Assembly (NCBI GenBank): GCA_001949185.1
Contig: BDGG01000002.1
Coordinates: forward strand, 558,001-622,000
Origin: Ramazzottius varieornatus
Taxonomy: Eukaryota > Animalia > Tardigrada
Direction: 5' to 3'
Length of the DNA stretch: 64,000 nucleotides
Positions 40,011 through 51,219 of this stretch are shown here, piece by piece (position 1 is the stretch's first letter; each line of letters begins with the position of its first letter). The notes under the pieces are model-generated. The model was not told the origin of the DNA and made no database searches. It saw nothing but the letters and a program-made list of their open reading frames with translations. The position numbers were made by a program, and so were the translations under genes.

Positions 40011-41097
40011 CTAGACGGTGTTTTGAACAGGCTTCAAGACGACATCGACCATTTCCTCCTTACCGCGACGGTTGTCCATGTCAACTCGACGACGACCGCC
40101 CCGGCCGGTGTGATGCTTCATGCCGCCCTTGTGTCCCCAGCCGCGGTGCTTGTTGCCCCATCCTTGATGTCGGCTACCCCAGCCCATGGGCATGCCTTCG
40201 TGACGACGATGGTGAGCTCCATCCAAACCCAGACCGAAGGCCGACATTTCATCATCGTTCATGGCAGTTTTGTTCGAACCTGCAAGTATAATACTCCGGA
40301 GTCAGATAATACTTCGAATACGCCATCAATGAATCGCTTCTCTTTCACCATTAAAATTGTTCTGAAAGCTTTCCGCCATATTTTCATTTTTTAGTAATGA
40401 GAGCTCGGCAAACAAGCGAATCAGACCGCTTTTCCAAGTGGCGCACGTTGTCGGTTGTTTTAGACAAGATTGTGCGCCACTTGAAAAAACGATCTGTTCG
40501 ACTTCGAATGCCGAGAATGAAATCCTACTATGAACTGCAAAGCTGAAACCACCTACCCATTGCAGGAACGCGATCGGTAGAACGATCGGGTTCATCCAAG
40601 TCAACATCTTCATCCCAAAGGAAGCCCCTAAGGCCGCCCAAGCCCAGTCCACCGAGACCTACAAAGAAGAGAACACGAATGAATATCGTATGTCGTACTG
40701 TAGCATCAAGTATTTCAAAAGTGTAAGGCGGAAGTCCATAGTTGATAGATACAGAAAGCTTACCTCCGTAGAAGCCCCCATAACCCAATCCACCATAGCC
40801 CAATCCGTAGCCGTAGAGTCCACCCAGTCTGCCTAGACCAAAGCCCAAGCCGCCCAGTCCCAAACCGCCGAATCCTAACCCTCCAAGGCCGAAACCACCA
40901 AAGCCCAGACCGCCGAGACCCAGACCTCCAAGCAGGAAACGAGCATCGGGGGACGCCTGATCCGCTGCAGCTAACTTGACATCGACCGTGGGATCCTTCT
41001 TGGACGTACTAGGGGATGTGGAGTCATAGACGACGCAAGCGACCGAACCTAGAAGGACCAGTAAACCCGCTGAACTGCGAAGTACGGCAGACTTCAT
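40011..41097 (-). CDS. Secreted Gly-rich (GGLG/GYGG) structural protein with His/Arg/Trp-rich tail, 3 exons
   Basis: Signal peptide and GLGGLGFG/GYGG repeats. Approximate exons 41097-40764, 40658-40557, 40279-40011 with GT-AG junctions. Confidence 0.75.
40399..40516. repeat. Palindromic N25 family, single-unit element (Gly-rich gene intron)
   Basis: gctcggcaaac...caagtggcgcac-N25-gtgcgccacttg...tgccgag. Confidence 0.85.
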
Positions 41098-41161
41098 GGT
41101 GAGTGACAGGTAACGACAGGAAAATTTAAAAAAATTCAGCCGTGAAAATCGTCGTCGGCTG

Positions 41162-41204
41162 AACTGATGAAATGGTCTGCAGGTTGTTCTCTTCGGGTTT
41201 TATA
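41162..41204 (-). promoter_or_regulatory. Putative TATA box and initiator of the Gly-rich gene
   Basis: Minus-strand TATAAAA (41204-41198), with CCATTTCATCAGTT 30-40 nt downstream, about 65-100 nt before ATG 41097. Confidence 0.4.
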
Positions 41205-41886
41205 CCTGTCGAGCCTTCTGAGTGGAATTCCAGGCCGTGGAATGTCAACCGGACCTTAGGTAACTTGAAAGGTCTTCTGTTGTGCTGCAGGTATTGTGGT
41301 CACGGGCGAACAATCAAAGAGGTCCGGTCGTGATGGGTTGTAATACTTTCAAAGTTCTGCCTTTGTTTTAGCAGGAGACGAACAGCACACGTGAAAAAAT
41401 GAGCATTCGTTTCTTCTCATGGACTGAGCCGACGTTTTCGGGGAAGTCGAATTCCTGTAAATTCAATCCCCGCTCCTTTGTGTAATCGAATTTCGCATTT
41501 CTGTCACACGGTCTAACTTTTCACACCAAAGAACGTTTTCCGATGACAGAGTAATTAATGAAAATTTATTTGTCGAGTTTTCTTGCCTGGTGCTAGAGAT
41601 TACATTCACACATAACAACAGGTGAAACAGAAAACAGTACCAAAGTATAAACAGGATCCAACATCGTAGTACAAAAACCGATGACGAACTCTACTACCAG
41701 TCTTACAAAAATAAATGACGTAAAGGAATACTCCCAGTCTCCAGAATCGAGAGATGGAAAAATGTGAAGAAACATTTTAGTGGTCAAGTATGTATAAGTG
41801 AAGGGAAGTTGCATTGATGCAAATACAAAGAAGTTACGGATCACAATACGGTGCAAGCATCAACCTAGGTTTCATTTTTATAGAAG

Positions 41887-41936
41887 NNNNNNNNNNNNNN
41901 NNNNNNNNNNNNNNNNNNNNNNNNNNNNNNNNNNNN
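41887..41936. other. Assembly gap (50 N)
   Basis: Run of N, abutting a TAGCC/GGCTA-rich repeat. Confidence 0.99.
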
Positions 41937-42032
41937 TAGCCGTGGCTAAAAGTATTTTAGCTGCTTTAGCCGCGGCTAAGAACGGCTAAACGTTTAGCTT
42001 CGCCGAGCCTTCTATATTCGTTTTAGTGTTGA

Positions 42033-42814
42033 TCAAGTCACAAGTGGATCGCCAAACGTGATGTTGACATTGGGTGCCGGTGATCCCATCGAGTTCTTTA
42101 TGGCTTGCGGTAAAGGCTGGTCGACGTTGGTGAACTTGACCAGACGAGAACCCTGAGTGATCCCGGTAAGAGGATTCGTGTCCGTAATCAAACCGTCTGC
42201 AACCAGCAAAGCTCAAGTTTTCATTCACGAAAGGAATGGAAGCTCGGCAAAATCCTGAGAGTATCTTTCCATGTGGCGTACGTTCTTGGTGTTAATGGCT
42301 GGAAGCGTGCGCCACCTGCATCAATCTTGCCGAGTTTGATTTTTCCCAAGTGGCGCACATTTTCAGTGTTATTTACCGGGAACGTGCGTCACTTGGAAAA
42401 CTGATCTTGTCGAGTTTCTATTGCCGCGCTCGAGGATTTTGTCTGGCCGTTTCTTGTTGACCATGTTTGAGTAGAACCTACATCCGGCTCCCCACGGTCC
42501 AAGTCCAGCTAGGCCATAGAAACCAGGGTAGCCTGTCCCCAGACCGATGCCACCCATCCCATCGCCTATCCCGTAACCACCCTGGACAGGAACCAGCAAC
42601 TGTCGGGAAGTGGCGTGAAGTGGCTCTTTGCTGTCCATCGTATCTGCAGTGATATTAGGGTAAGCATTAGAATTATCGCCGAAGAAGGGCAGCAAATCAA
42701 TTCCGGAGGTGAAGACTTACCTATCACGCGCGTTCTATCTTCCGCTGAAGTTGTAATCATGCATAACGTTGTCGCGAGCATTGCGGCGATAAGTTTTTCC
42801 ATGCGGCGAACCAT
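42033..42814 (-). CDS. Small secreted Gly/Tyr-rich protein, 3 exons
   Basis: Signal peptide MVRRMEKLIAAMLATTLCMITTSA, then GGYGIGDGMGGIGLGTGYPGFYG, then last exon YGLITDTNP...GDPLVT-stop. GT-AG junctions in frame. Confidence 0.65.
42236..42431. repeat. Palindromic N25 family, 2-unit element
   Basis: atggaagctcggcaaa terminus; units near 42273 and 42350, both with 25-bp spacers. Confidence 0.85.
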
Positions 42815-42906
42815 GATTTTTCTTGCGTAGATCAGAAATAAGTCTATCGGGAAACAATGCTGCTTTTCCTTTGGTTTTCGAGTTCGAACAGGCAAACAAC
42901 GACTTT

Positions 42907-42972
42907 TTCAATAGCTGAAGAATTATTTCTTTCTTCAATAGCTGAAGAATTATTTCTTTCTTCAATAGCTGA
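42907..42972. repeat. 27-bp tandem repeat (~2.4 copies)
   Basis: ttcaatagctgaagaattatttctttc repeated. Confidence 0.85.
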
Positions 42973-43588
42973 GTAATGATCGCAGCAGAGTGGTACCAGG
43001 CTGTTTTCTGTAAAATGAAAGTTCACGCGGAAGTCTTCACGATGGAATCTAAATTTCTGCCTTCTCTTAGACGTTCTGGAGGGTATGACCGACTGAAACA
43101 AAGGAAACCGGTGCGGCTGTACCACGACAGTTTTGTGTCTCGGCATCCACTACAAGCTTTAAGACCCTCTGAAAATTTTCCCACTGTACGAGCCTGAACC
43201 ATACGCTTGTACAAGTGACCGAGAAGTTCTCTTTGAGAAATTTTTGAAAGCCGTTCTGCTTACAGGACTCCGTACTTATATTCATTTCGTTGCAGGGACG
43301 AACTGAATCGCTCACAGGTGGCGCCGCATGCTTGGCATTGCTATTTCCTTCAGAATCACCGCCAATCGTCACGGAAATAGTTCATTGTATTGGTTGGATG
43401 CTCGGCAACAAGCGGAAGAAGTGACAATCATAAGTAGGAAGTCGCTACATTATGAATCGAATGGTTTGGTACATAAGTACACGAATCAGGTTGTGAGCTT
43501 GAGAAACGTCACAGTGACGCAATTTGTATGGACCACCCTACCAATCTTTCACCATGTGTCGATGCAAATGACGCACTTCCTTTTCCAG

Positions 43589-46500
43589 ATTCACCATCCC
43601 ATCAATCAAGCACCAGTTTTGTTGTGCCAGGTAATAAAACATTCAAAATTCAAAACCAGTCTTAAACTTTAGCTTTACGATTCAATTTTATGCTCGATAT
43701 TTTTACAGAAAATTTTTGACTCGATTTTATCTTTCATCGCTGGATTACTATCCGAATATTCCTATTTTTTTCTCGCGATGTGGACAGAGTATCCTCGTTC
43801 AAAATACAATGGCTACGTACAATGCAGACCATCTTATGTTGCAGATTACCCACTTGAAGCATCCCTTCCAGCGATAACTAGGTAAAAGCTGAAGTCACGT
43901 ATTTCAAGTGGCGCAGGGCGTCTTCTTTCCCCAGTGCTATCCGATCTCTCTCCAACTTGCCGTAAAATGGTTGTTGTGTTTTTGGTAGGCCTGCAGTGGA
44001 CGCTTTCTCGTCCTGTTTACCGCTACCAACGCCCATCAATCATGTTGTCCTTCTGCCCAATGTCAAAAAGTCGAACAACATCATCCTGGTCCAACCAGGA
44101 CCTTCTAAAACATCAGCTCCCACCGTCCCTTCTTGTACATCCACCCCGGAACCGACAAGCCGATGTCCGTTCTCCGTCAGCGAGCAGAGCTCGAGCACTG
44201 AGGCGACTTCCGAGTCAGTGGAAGATGCTGATATTGTAAGTCAAAAATGAGCATAATCATCCAGGCAGCGCTTACATATTCTTGTTGCAGGTTGCATGGA
44301 TGAAAGAGAATTTCAAGTCGGATCCTGTGTCATTGCTTTCTCGGGAGCATGTCTACGACAGCTATAAGAAGTTCGCAAAGGACAAGGGGAAAACCATCAT
44401 GAACCCGGCCTGTCTGGGCAAAGCCATGAGGAAAGTCTTCCCTGGGATGAAAACCCGCCGGTTGGGCAAAAGGTACTGCCAGTGAGAACTGGGAACTCGG
44501 CAAACAAACGCAGCAAGATTGTCTCCTGAGTGGCGCACGCACCCAGTCAGTAAGACTGAAAGCGTGCGCCACTTGGAAGAGCGCTCTCGTCGAGTTTGAT
44601 TGTGCTCCCCAAGTGGCGCACATTTTCTCTGTTCTTGGCAAGAACTTAGAGTTTCTCAAGACTGTTTCATTATTTTCTGAATTCTTTCAGGGGGGATTCA
44701 AAATACCATTACGGTGGGATAGACACTTTATCGAAGGGAAATCGGAATGCTTCTGCTGTTCGACTCGTATGTACGCGTTACTTTTTTGGATAGAAATTGA
44801 ATTTCTGTATTCAATCATTATTCTCTCTATGAAAATTTATGTCAGTATTGTCTGTTCCAGCCGCTACAAAGGAAACGTCGACCGTCGCCGAACTCTCCAT
44901 CCACGGCAAAACCGAAGACTATGCTAGCCAGTGCAGCGGTCGCCGAAGTCCCTGTAACGAGTACAAGCTACATGGTTCCGCCGAGAAAGAAGCGGAAAAT
45001 AAAGTCATCAGTCATACTTGACAAAGACATAGTAAGTGTCGATCCCTCACTGTGGTATACTGTAATTTTCTAGACGAAAATAGTGAATGATATTTTAATT
45101 AGGTGAAATGGCTTCAAAGGAATTTCAGAAACAATGCCGTCTCCGTAATACCTAGACACTTTGTCTTCAACAAGTACAAGGAGTACTGCGAGAAAATCAA
45201 CAAGACCGACACCAACGCTGCCTGCTTCGGCAAGACACTCCGCGGTGTTTTTCCCAATATGGAAACTCGTCGTCTGGGGAGCCGGTTAGTTGTGCATTTT
45301 CATTTAAAGAAGTGTGGGATCGAAACAAAATAACTCGACAAAATCTCTTCCCAAGTGGCGCACGCCTATAGCCAATAACACCATGGACGTGCGTCGCTTA
45401 GGGGAAGTAAACAAACTGGACGAAAATGGTTTTTCGGTTGGCGCACTCTTACAGGCTGTGACGCTGAAAACATGCGCCACCTTGGAAACCAATCGAATTC
45501 AAACAAGATCGTTTCTTGAAGTGGCGCATGCTATCAGTCAATAATACTGAAAACCCGCGCAACTTGGGAAAATAGTCTTGCCCAGTTGTTTGCCAAAACG
45601 CCTATAAGAAAAACAAATCAGAAATAAAGTTTGAAAAGTAAAAATCCAAAAAATTCTACAAAGGTTAGGAATAATCTTCCGTTCCTCGGCAGGGGCAGTT
45701 CGAAATACCACTACGCTGGGATCGAAGTCCATCCGAACGGGGACTACGAAGATAGCCACCCCTTCTTCAAGGTGGCCAGGAGGCAGAAGTTCCGGTCCAC
45801 GTCAGTCTCGTCCACCGACGCACCCTCAACAGTTTCTTCCCTACCAACTGAGCCATCCTCTGACCCAGTCTCCCTCATCGAGCCATTCCCCAAGACATCT
45901 ACCGGGCCCAACGAAGACCAGCTGCATGCACTGAACGTTGTCGAAGTCCTCCAGAAGTTCATAGACATTATACCGGTTACGGGTTCCACAAGCTGCATCT
46001 GCCCGTCAATAAGGCAAAGATTGACGTGGACTGACACGCTCCTCTCTGTCAAAGCGTCAAAAAGTATTTCAGGGGACGATCTTGACTGTTTTCTTGTCCA
46101 TCTTCGAGTTCACATAGCGGTACGTTTCATTCTTTCTCATTGATAGTACTACATATACGAATTCACGGACGATAAGTCTATTGCACAATTTTCTACAGAT
46201 GTTGGCACGCTGTGTTTTGTCTGGAGCCATTCTAGGCATGCCTGATATAGTGGGAAATTTCTGGGTATCACGGAAAAAGAGGTAAGATGCTTTGAAGGCT
46301 TGGTTTTACGAGCTTGTCGCACGGCGGAAGTATTTGAAGTCAACGCGAGTGTAGTTTACAGGTGCCGCGGAAGGATAACAGGAAAGCCTTCGATGCCATC
46401 ATCAGTGAGCCCACTGTACAGCATGTCGTCCGAGATGCCTACTTGCATTTGTACGATGCCTTGGTGTGGAGGCTGATGGCTAACCCTACATCAGCCATGC

Positions 46501-47882
46501 CCTGTTAGTGACCTCCTCGGAACCGATCTTCGCTTTAAAACATTGATTTATGAACTGGTTTTTTGATTCCAGGTTCGCTAGCGTACGTCCTGATCGATTT
46601 CCTTCACAAGTTTCCTTTATGGGTGAGGCATACCACCCGAAACATGTCTAGCCCGGAGATGCGAGCTGTACTCGTGAGTACTGTCCGCCAGAATCTGAGA
46701 CCTTGGCAAACAAGTTCGGGAAGATTTTTGTCAAGTGGCTCATATCTTCAGCCTATAATACAGAAGAGGTGCGTCACTTGAGAAAACATTTCTCAAGTGG
46801 CGACGCTTTCGACACGATCTTTTCCAGTCTATTTGCCGAGCTCCCGCTTTTGAACAAGTTGAAAGTTGCTCTTTCTTGCTTGCTGGTGCTGCAGTGTCAT
46901 ACGGCGGCTGCCTTTTGCGTTCAACTGGAAAAGCTGACAAGGATGAGCGAGCTGGAAGAAAAGTTGACGACCGCCGACGCCAAGAAAGCGGAGGAGTTTG
47001 CCCAGGACTCGGTGGTGGCTTTATCACACTTCCTATCGGAAACGGTACCACGTTCCACGGATATATTCTTCATGTCACGAGCCTTTCTTTCAGCTTCAGA
47101 AAATTATTGTTGTTATCCTATTGTAGGCTCGCAAGTTCGGTTCCACAGAAAGCGACAACCTGGACGAAGAACTGAGCCAAGCAAAACTTGGCATCGGTCT
47201 TGTTCACCGTCTGCTGGAGTCCTCATCGGACCTTACGGGCTTTCACTCTCAGCTGGTAACCTGCACGAAGCAGGCCTTTGCCAAGCTCGAGAAGGAGTTC
47301 ATAGGAGGTCGACTTCTCAAAGAAAAGCTGCAAGCTCTGGTTGCCCTTCAGACGATGTGGACAAACATCATGTAAGTACGATATAGGGAGTACTCGAGCA
47401 AGGAACTGTCTTACCATTGTAGGAGATTATCTGGTTCGTTCTTGAGTGGGAGAGTTTTGCAGAGACAAATTTGACACGGACAAGCCCTTCTCGAAATATG
47501 TTACTAGTTTATGGAAAATCGTTCTGACCATTTTTACGGAAAAAGAAAGAGCAGCACTGGAAAAAGTACTTCCCATCGTCGCCGCATTCACAGTAAGTTA
47601 GACGCAATTACTTCAACGATTCTTGTGCATCCAGAGCGGCACTGAAGACCGATTTTGTCCTTTTTCCCACAGCCTATCGCGGAAAAGTTAGGCGCTCAAA
47701 TTCCCGAAGTCTGCTCATCGGAGGATCTGGAAGTCAGTTTACCATACTTTGTCCAGGATAACGTCGAGAACCTCCATTTCCTCACCAGGCCTGACAACCT
47801 GTCCTTCTACCTGGAAAGTTCGGACTTACGGCAGTGCCTTAGCCCCAACGGTGACGTCATTGCAGCCGACCTTGACAGATAA
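43589..47882 (+). CDS. RFX: RFX-family transcription factor with two tandem winged-helix DNA-binding domains plus B/C/dimerisation-like region
   Basis: DBD1: WMKENF..MNPACLGKAMRKVFPGMKTRRLGKR/GDSKYHYGGI. DBD2: WLQRNF..TNAACFGKTLRGVFPNMETRRLGSR/GSSKYHYAGI. Downstream LYDALVWRLM..FLHKFPLWV..AAAFCVQL resembles RFX C/dimerisation regions. Start codon and exon boundaries near 47370-47450 are unresolved. Confidence 0.85.
44490..44640. repeat. Palindromic N25 family element (intron splitting RFX DBD1)
   Basis: tgggaactcggcaaacaaac terminus; full unit at ~44530 and a half unit at ~44611. Confidence 0.85.
45320..45596. repeat. Palindromic N25 family, 3-unit array (intron splitting RFX DBD2)
   Basis: Units near 45356, 45439 and 45521 (82-83 bp period), all with 25-bp spacers. 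Confidence 0.85.
46703..46845. repeat. Palindromic N25 family element (RFX intron)
   Basis: tggcaaacaag...caagtggctcat-N25-gtgcgtcacttg...ttgccgagctccc. Confidence 0.8.
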
Positions 47883-48084
47883 GACCAGTGAATTCCCGTT
47901 TTCTCTCTCGCACCTTCTCTCTGTGATAATTTCCGAGTCACACACACATAAAATCGACCAGTATGGTTTCGCAACAGTGAAGCTCTCACACGAACAAGAA
48001 ACTCGTATCATTCCAGAAATCTTTTGAACAGAAATTTCTAACTTGAAAAACCAGACAACAGGGAACGTTAGGAGGGCGGTAGTC

Positions 48085-48178
48085 AAATTCAGCAAAATCG
48101 TCTCTCCAAGTGGCGCACTCTTTCAGCGAATTTCACCAAGGATGTGCGCCACTTTGAGAAACGATCTTGTCCAGTTGC
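48085..48178. repeat. Palindromic N25 family element between the convergent RFX and Ig-EGF 3' ends
   Basis: ccaagtggcgcac-N25-gtgcgccacttt..aacgatcttgtc. Confidence 0.85.
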
Positions 48179-48190
48179 CCTTCACTCCAA

Positions 48191-50158
48191 TCATGGTCTG
48201 TTAAAATTTCGATTCGACCGTCGAGGCACAGTTTGGGCCTGCGGATACCATTCCCTACTTCCATAGTTCATGACAGGCACATTGGTCAAGTACTGCTCGT
48301 TCGAAGGCTGCCTTAACACTTCCCTCAATGGGACTTCCGGGTACGGCGTATTCATGTCCGTCACTTCGTTCCCATACTGATCATAGAACGGTAGAGTCTG
48401 TGCTGAATGCGCCGCGTACGGTCCCACCCACTGACTTCCTCTCCGGTGTCCTCCATAGTCTTCCACGTTCCCCGTCTGCGTTACGACCCCATCCTGAAAC
48501 TTCTCATAGGAGAACCGCTTATCCGGCCAGTACGCTGGATCACCCGACTGCGTCTGTACGTCGTAAAAGGGCAGATGGCCGGAAGGCGTCGTTCTTAGTG
48601 GCGGTAACGGCTTGACCAAGCTCGGTGGTCTCTTTTGACCAGCGTCGCCTTCGGTGGACAGTAATCTCTGTGTCTCTTCATGAGTAATTTCAAGGGGTTT
48701 CTTTTTCTTGAAGCAGGTGAAACGAACGATGACGGCGATGATGGCCAGTAAGACGACGGCGGACCCGACGAATGGTACGAGTAACATCCACAGGTTCTTC
48801 TTGTTCTCGCAGTATCTGCCCTCATAGGCATCAGGACATCGACAGAATAGCTTCGACTTGGTCTTGCCTTCCAGGTCTTCGCAAACACCGCCGTTCATGC
48901 AGGGCGATGTACTGCAGTCTTCGATGGAGACGAGGACGGTGCCGTTCTTCATGGCTTTGCCGTTGATAATGAAGGAACACTTGTAAACGCCACGGTCCAC
49001 GGAGGTCAGCTTGTGGATGATGAGTGCGCCGTCTGGTTGGATGACGTGACGCGCACCGGTGTGACCGGTCTTGAGCTCCATGTTCTCTGGCGAGATCCAG
49101 ACAACGTCGGGTGGTTGAGGAAAGGTGGATTGGAGGATGTTAGGACAGGTTAGGCGGAGGGTCTCGCCTTCTCTTCCTTGCTCTTTCACAAGGGAAGCTA
49201 TATCCTGTACAAAAAATATACCGCCAAGCCTTTTCAAAGATAAGCGACAGCGAATACAGGCTCAAATTCCCGTTAAGAGCGTTTTACCATAAAAATATTT
49301 GATCGGCAGTTTTTAGAGAATCTAAAATTCAAATCAGAACTCCGCAAACAATCTTGCCAAGATGAACTTTTTCAAGTGCCGCACGTTTTCCGTCAGTAAG
49401 ACTGTAGACGTGCGCCACTTGGAAAAATTGTTTTGGATTGTTTTTCCAAGTGACAAGAACATTTTTTTCCAAGTAGCGCACATTTTTGGCACTGTGCGAC
49501 ACTTCTGACATTATCTCGTCGACTTTTTTTCCGAACTTCGTTCTCATGAGCAACGTACCTGGGCAGTGAGGAAGTGCGAGGGAGGCTGGTGTCCGATCTT
49601 CCTTTTTGTTTCTGTGTCTTTGTTCGGTTTGGGTTTGGCAGCTGGCAGCGGTGCTTTTGGGGTGGACTTCGAGGTTCTTGTCGGCGCTTTGGGTGGCTTT
49701 GCTTTGGGGTTGGCTGTTGTGGGGGGTGTTGGCTTCCAGGTTTTGAAGTCGATATCGTTCATGGCATCAAAGTTCTCTTCTTCTGTTCTCGACTTGGGTG
49801 GTTGCTTGTACTGCATGAGGATGGAGCTCCGGGAAGAAAGATTCAAGACCGATGAATGCCGTTCACCAGGTCCCACAGACTTTCCTATCAGTCGACTGTA
49901 GACAAGGTTAGAGTGATCGAACCTTTCGCTTTCTGGAAAACCAAAATACGCGTTCTTTCGTGCTTCCCGATGTAACCAAAAACTGGGCTTTGAACGAGAA
50001 GAATACGAAGGTGGATAGTCCAAACTTCTTTCAGGAAGAGGAATAAGAGGTTGATACGACTGCTTTCGTCTCGATAAGCCGGATCGGTGTTTAACTGCAG
50101 TAATGGATGGAGGGCTAAAAAGAACGAACCCGGAAATCAGGATGTTGGTCAAAAGCAT
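48191..50158 (-). CDS. Type I membrane protein: signal peptide, basic/Pro-rich stalk, Ig domain, EGF domain, TM, Tyr-rich tail (neuregulin-like architecture); 2 exons 50158-49559, 49204-48191
   Basis: Ig motifs LRLTC..VVW..ALIIHKLTSVDRGVYKC. EGF CSTSPCMNGGVC..FCRCPDAYEGRYC. TM helix followed by KKKK. Confidence 0.85.
49340..49525. repeat. Palindromic N25 family array (Ig-EGF gene intron)
   Basis: Full unit at ~49376 plus degenerate units at ~49447-49505. Confidence 0.8.
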
Positions 50159-51219
50159 CAAACTTCATATTCGTTGGTGATTCTTAATATGTTTCAGGGA
50201 AGAGTGTGGGATTAAATCCTCTGCAAGACCGGAGATGGTGACGGTGGTACCACAGCCCAAATGCAAAGAGGATTGTTGCCCAGCATTGTACAGACGGAAC
50301 CGAAGTGCTTGTCTCGAGTTACCCGTATGGCGGGGGCGCCACCTGCTAGAACTCGCTTGTTGCAACGAACAATGTGTGAGCTACCGAGTTTTGTACACGT
50401 ACTGAACAGGCAGTGGGTGGTGAACTATGGAATTTCGACCCTACTTATCGGCTGTAACCCAACACAAAGAATGTCAACTTCGTTCCACAAAAAGTTTGTT
50501 GGGTCTGGATCAGAAAAGGCCAGCTGCTCAGCTGTATGATGACTTCCTTATTGTTTAGCCAGGTTCTTTCACATGGTCGGGTTATCGTGGAGTAGGTTGC
50601 GCCGTACAAAATTGTCTGTAGGTGGTTGGGGTTTATGGTCGCGATCTGACTTGTATTGGCCTATTATACAACACACGGTGACGATGGCCAGCGCTGACAA
50701 AGCAAAAGTTGCAAAGCAAGAAAAAAAGCCGGAAAGCGAGAAAACACGAAAGATCAAAGCTGAAGCCATCAGCTGGAGAGACGCTGATAATTTGGTTTGC
50801 TGGTAACTTTTCTGCCCTATCAGCCTCTGGCGCTTACACAATCTTCTCTTCAACCTTCTTTCAAGTGAAAACCACTCGAACGTTGCGCGCGTGAACTTGG
50901 ACAGTAGTACACTGCGTTTCGTACGTTAGGCCGCAAAGGTTTTGCAGCTTCAGTGAACACCTGAGCTCAGCTGTTGTTTGCCTTTGTGCCACCATAGAGC
51001 ATCGACGAAGTATGTAAACGGAAGAAGACTGTTTACAAATGCCAAAACCGAAGTGCTCCGACGTTTTTATGGTTTATGACACTTCTCGTGAAGTTTTCTT
51101 GTCGGTAAGGTAAACTTGACAGCCGTATACATATGTAGCTGAGCGTTTTTGGCTCGGAACTAACGAAACGATGAGACTAGGTTTCGTCCTGGAAGGGAAA
51201 TCTTGCGGTTATTGCGTCC

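Noticed and set aside
46703-46890. N-terminal part of ORF 46703-47386 and recurring FQVAH/KWRT/CAT peptides in many short ORFs
   Set aside because: These are translations of the intronic palindrome arms, not a protein repeat family.
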